DNA of 63,676 bases, the filler included, from Choristocarpus tenellus KU-1152 (lineage: Eukaryota > Protista > Phaeophyceae), in assembly GCA_964200185.2 (NCBI GenBank). It is 8 parts of 8 records of this genome, joined end to end, with 100 filler letters (N's around TTAATTAATTAA, not from the genome) between each part and the next. Parts side by side here need not be neighbours in the genome. Positions count along the whole stretch, not along the records: positions 58,243 to 63,676 come from CAXNAD020010790.1; 7 more parts are not named here. One strand, 5' to 3'. This document shows positions 62,040 to 63,676 of the stretch, piece after piece; within the stretch, counting starts at the first letter, position 1; every line of letters begins with the position of its first letter. The translations under genes were made by a program, and so were the position numbers. Below the pieces are notes generated by a model that was given only the letters and a program-made list of their open reading frames with translations, made no database searches and was not told the origin of the DNA.

Positions 62040-62870
62040 TTTTTGTGGGGTTTGATTTATGCTGATGATGCGGGCATTGTCTTCAAGACTTATGGAAGTT
62101 TGGTCAGGATGATGACGACAGTGCTTGGGAAGGTGGCCAGATCATTCGGTCTGACTGCATCAACATTAAAGACAGAGACTACGTGTCTTCCTCCTCCCAA
62201 TCAGGATGCCGAAACCATGCAGGTTCAGTCATTGGACCCGACCTTCAAGCAGAGGAATAAGTTTGATTACCTTGGGGGAACCATCAGTGACAAATGCGGC
62301 TATTACTGCCACGATACGCCTGAGGATCCAGAAAACCTTTTAACTTGTTTCGCTTATGAAAGGACCTCAGGTGTCCAACACGAGGTAGAACTTCAAATTC
62401 TCAAAGCTGAACTATTCGATATTCTGTTTTGTGGTTGTATGACGTAGACACTACGCCAAGGTCATTATCTCAATCTCCGCTCACATCATGATCAATTCCT
62501 CCTTTGTTACATAGGTTTCCGCTAACTAGAGCACACCGATCATGTCCTATCCTACCAAGATGCTCTTACGAAGATTGGGTGTGAGAATATTCAAGCAACC
62601 GTTTGCAAGCGGAGGCTCCTATTTGCTAGGTCAGTTACTCGCATGGGGGATGAGCGACTTCCGAACACTTTTCTTGTTTGGAGAGGCTGCAAATGGAAAA
62701 CGGAAACAAGGTGGAGGGGAGAAGAATTGATGGACATGCCTTCATGACAACCTTGACAAGTTTGAGATTGAAGTCGAGGAATGGAACACGAGAGTAACTA
62801 CCCAACAGGAATGATATAATTGCGTGGCCAACAAGGCTTATGGCCGAATGGCGTTCCAAGGAAGCTGTGA
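62040..62870 (+). mobile_element. RTE-clade LINE remnant (RT C-terminal part)
   Basis: WGLIYADDAGIV...FGLTAS..KTET...FDYLGGTIS, followed by degenerate RTE 3' motifs with stops and frameshifts. Confidence 0.85.
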
Positions 62871-63008
62871 TAGCTAATGTACGTCATACTCAAGCAAAGT
62901 CAAGCCATCAACGCCACCACCACCACTGTCCGCTGAATGCTTTTTTTTCGCGGGCTTATTCTCCTGCATCACTTGCTCACATTATTTCTTCTTGTGTTAT
63001 TTGATGAT

Positions 63009-63266
63009 AAGTTACAGTAAACGAGAGGTACTCAGATTTCCATTTTAAGGATACTTGACAAGTACTTGAAAAATTCGGTTTTTCTACAAAAGCATATTGG
63101 ACATTTTCTGGATTCTATCGAAAAGTCTCAAACAATAGATAAATCAACGCCGTCAAGCCAAACTTAGCACTTCATCCATACAAACATGGGTGAATTGCAA
63201 AGGATCGAAAAACTGGGTTAAAATGAACAAGGCCAAAACTTGGGCACCTCTCGTTTACTTTGGGTT
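63009..63266. mobile_element. MITE family G, diverged copy
   Basis: AGTAAACGAGAGGTAC ... GCACCTCTCGTTTACTTTGGG; flanks GAT/GAT. Confidence 0.7.
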
Positions 63267-63676
63267 GATGGTGTTTTCACTTGTGGGTTCCTTTCTTTTT
63301 TCTTCTTTTTTTCCTCTTCTTACACCGCTTTTTGTCTAATGAATGGTCCTTGTTGCCTTTTTCTGAAGAAGTGTGTATACCCTCTTTTTTGAATAATTTT
63401 TCGACATCAGCCCTGGGATCCCTCAGAGCAATGTAGTGGTGATCATAATGATTATATTTATATATAGTGATAGAGGTAATAGTGATTTAATACCATGCCC
63501 ACTGACATTTTGCAGATGTTATTATGGAGGAAACAAGCAAGAAGCAACATATAAGGCAAAGAATATAACAACCACAACGTCAACAGAATATGTAATTGTT
63601 AACAACAGTAAAAGCCTTCTGATGCACCCATCGTAGTTATGACTAAAAGTATCTGGGGGGGGGGGGGGGGTGGTGG

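Overview
Eukaryotic nuclear DNA, most likely from a brown alga or another ochrophyte (inferred from TTAGGG telomere repeats, GT-AG introns and Ectocarpus-like RTE/CRE retroelements). The window is not contiguous. It is eight contigs (1-6704, 6805-12040, 12141-23456, 23557-33283, 33384-43258, 43359-48377, 48478-58142, 58243-63676) joined by 100-bp N/TTAATTAATTAA linkers. Seven spliced genes, mostly partial, can be built with consistent intron phases: a TM + bulb-lectin-like protein, a fatty acyl-AMP ligase (FAAL) domain protein, a divergently transcribed mitochondrial-type 2-Cys peroxiredoxin, WDR55, an RNI-like LRR protein, an IQ-motif protein with a GC-AG intron, and an uncharacterised protein. 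The rest is mobile DNA and simple repeats: about 12 fragments of a CRE-like RLE non-LTR retrotransposon, RTE LINE remnants, a hAT MITE with an 8-bp TSD, and about 21 copies of three related MITE families. Two signals stand out. (1) The three MITE families share bipartite, asymmetric ends: a terminal GA(G/C)YSAAAGTA motif plus an inner GTCCATTT motif set 16 bp in at one end and 26 bp in at the other (family B), with variable 3-4 bp TSDs. (2) Dense interstitial (TTAGGG)n tracts repeatedly sit between direct duplications of the flanking DNA, in one case with the empty site preserved next door. This resembles telomerase-mediated insertion with target-site duplication.
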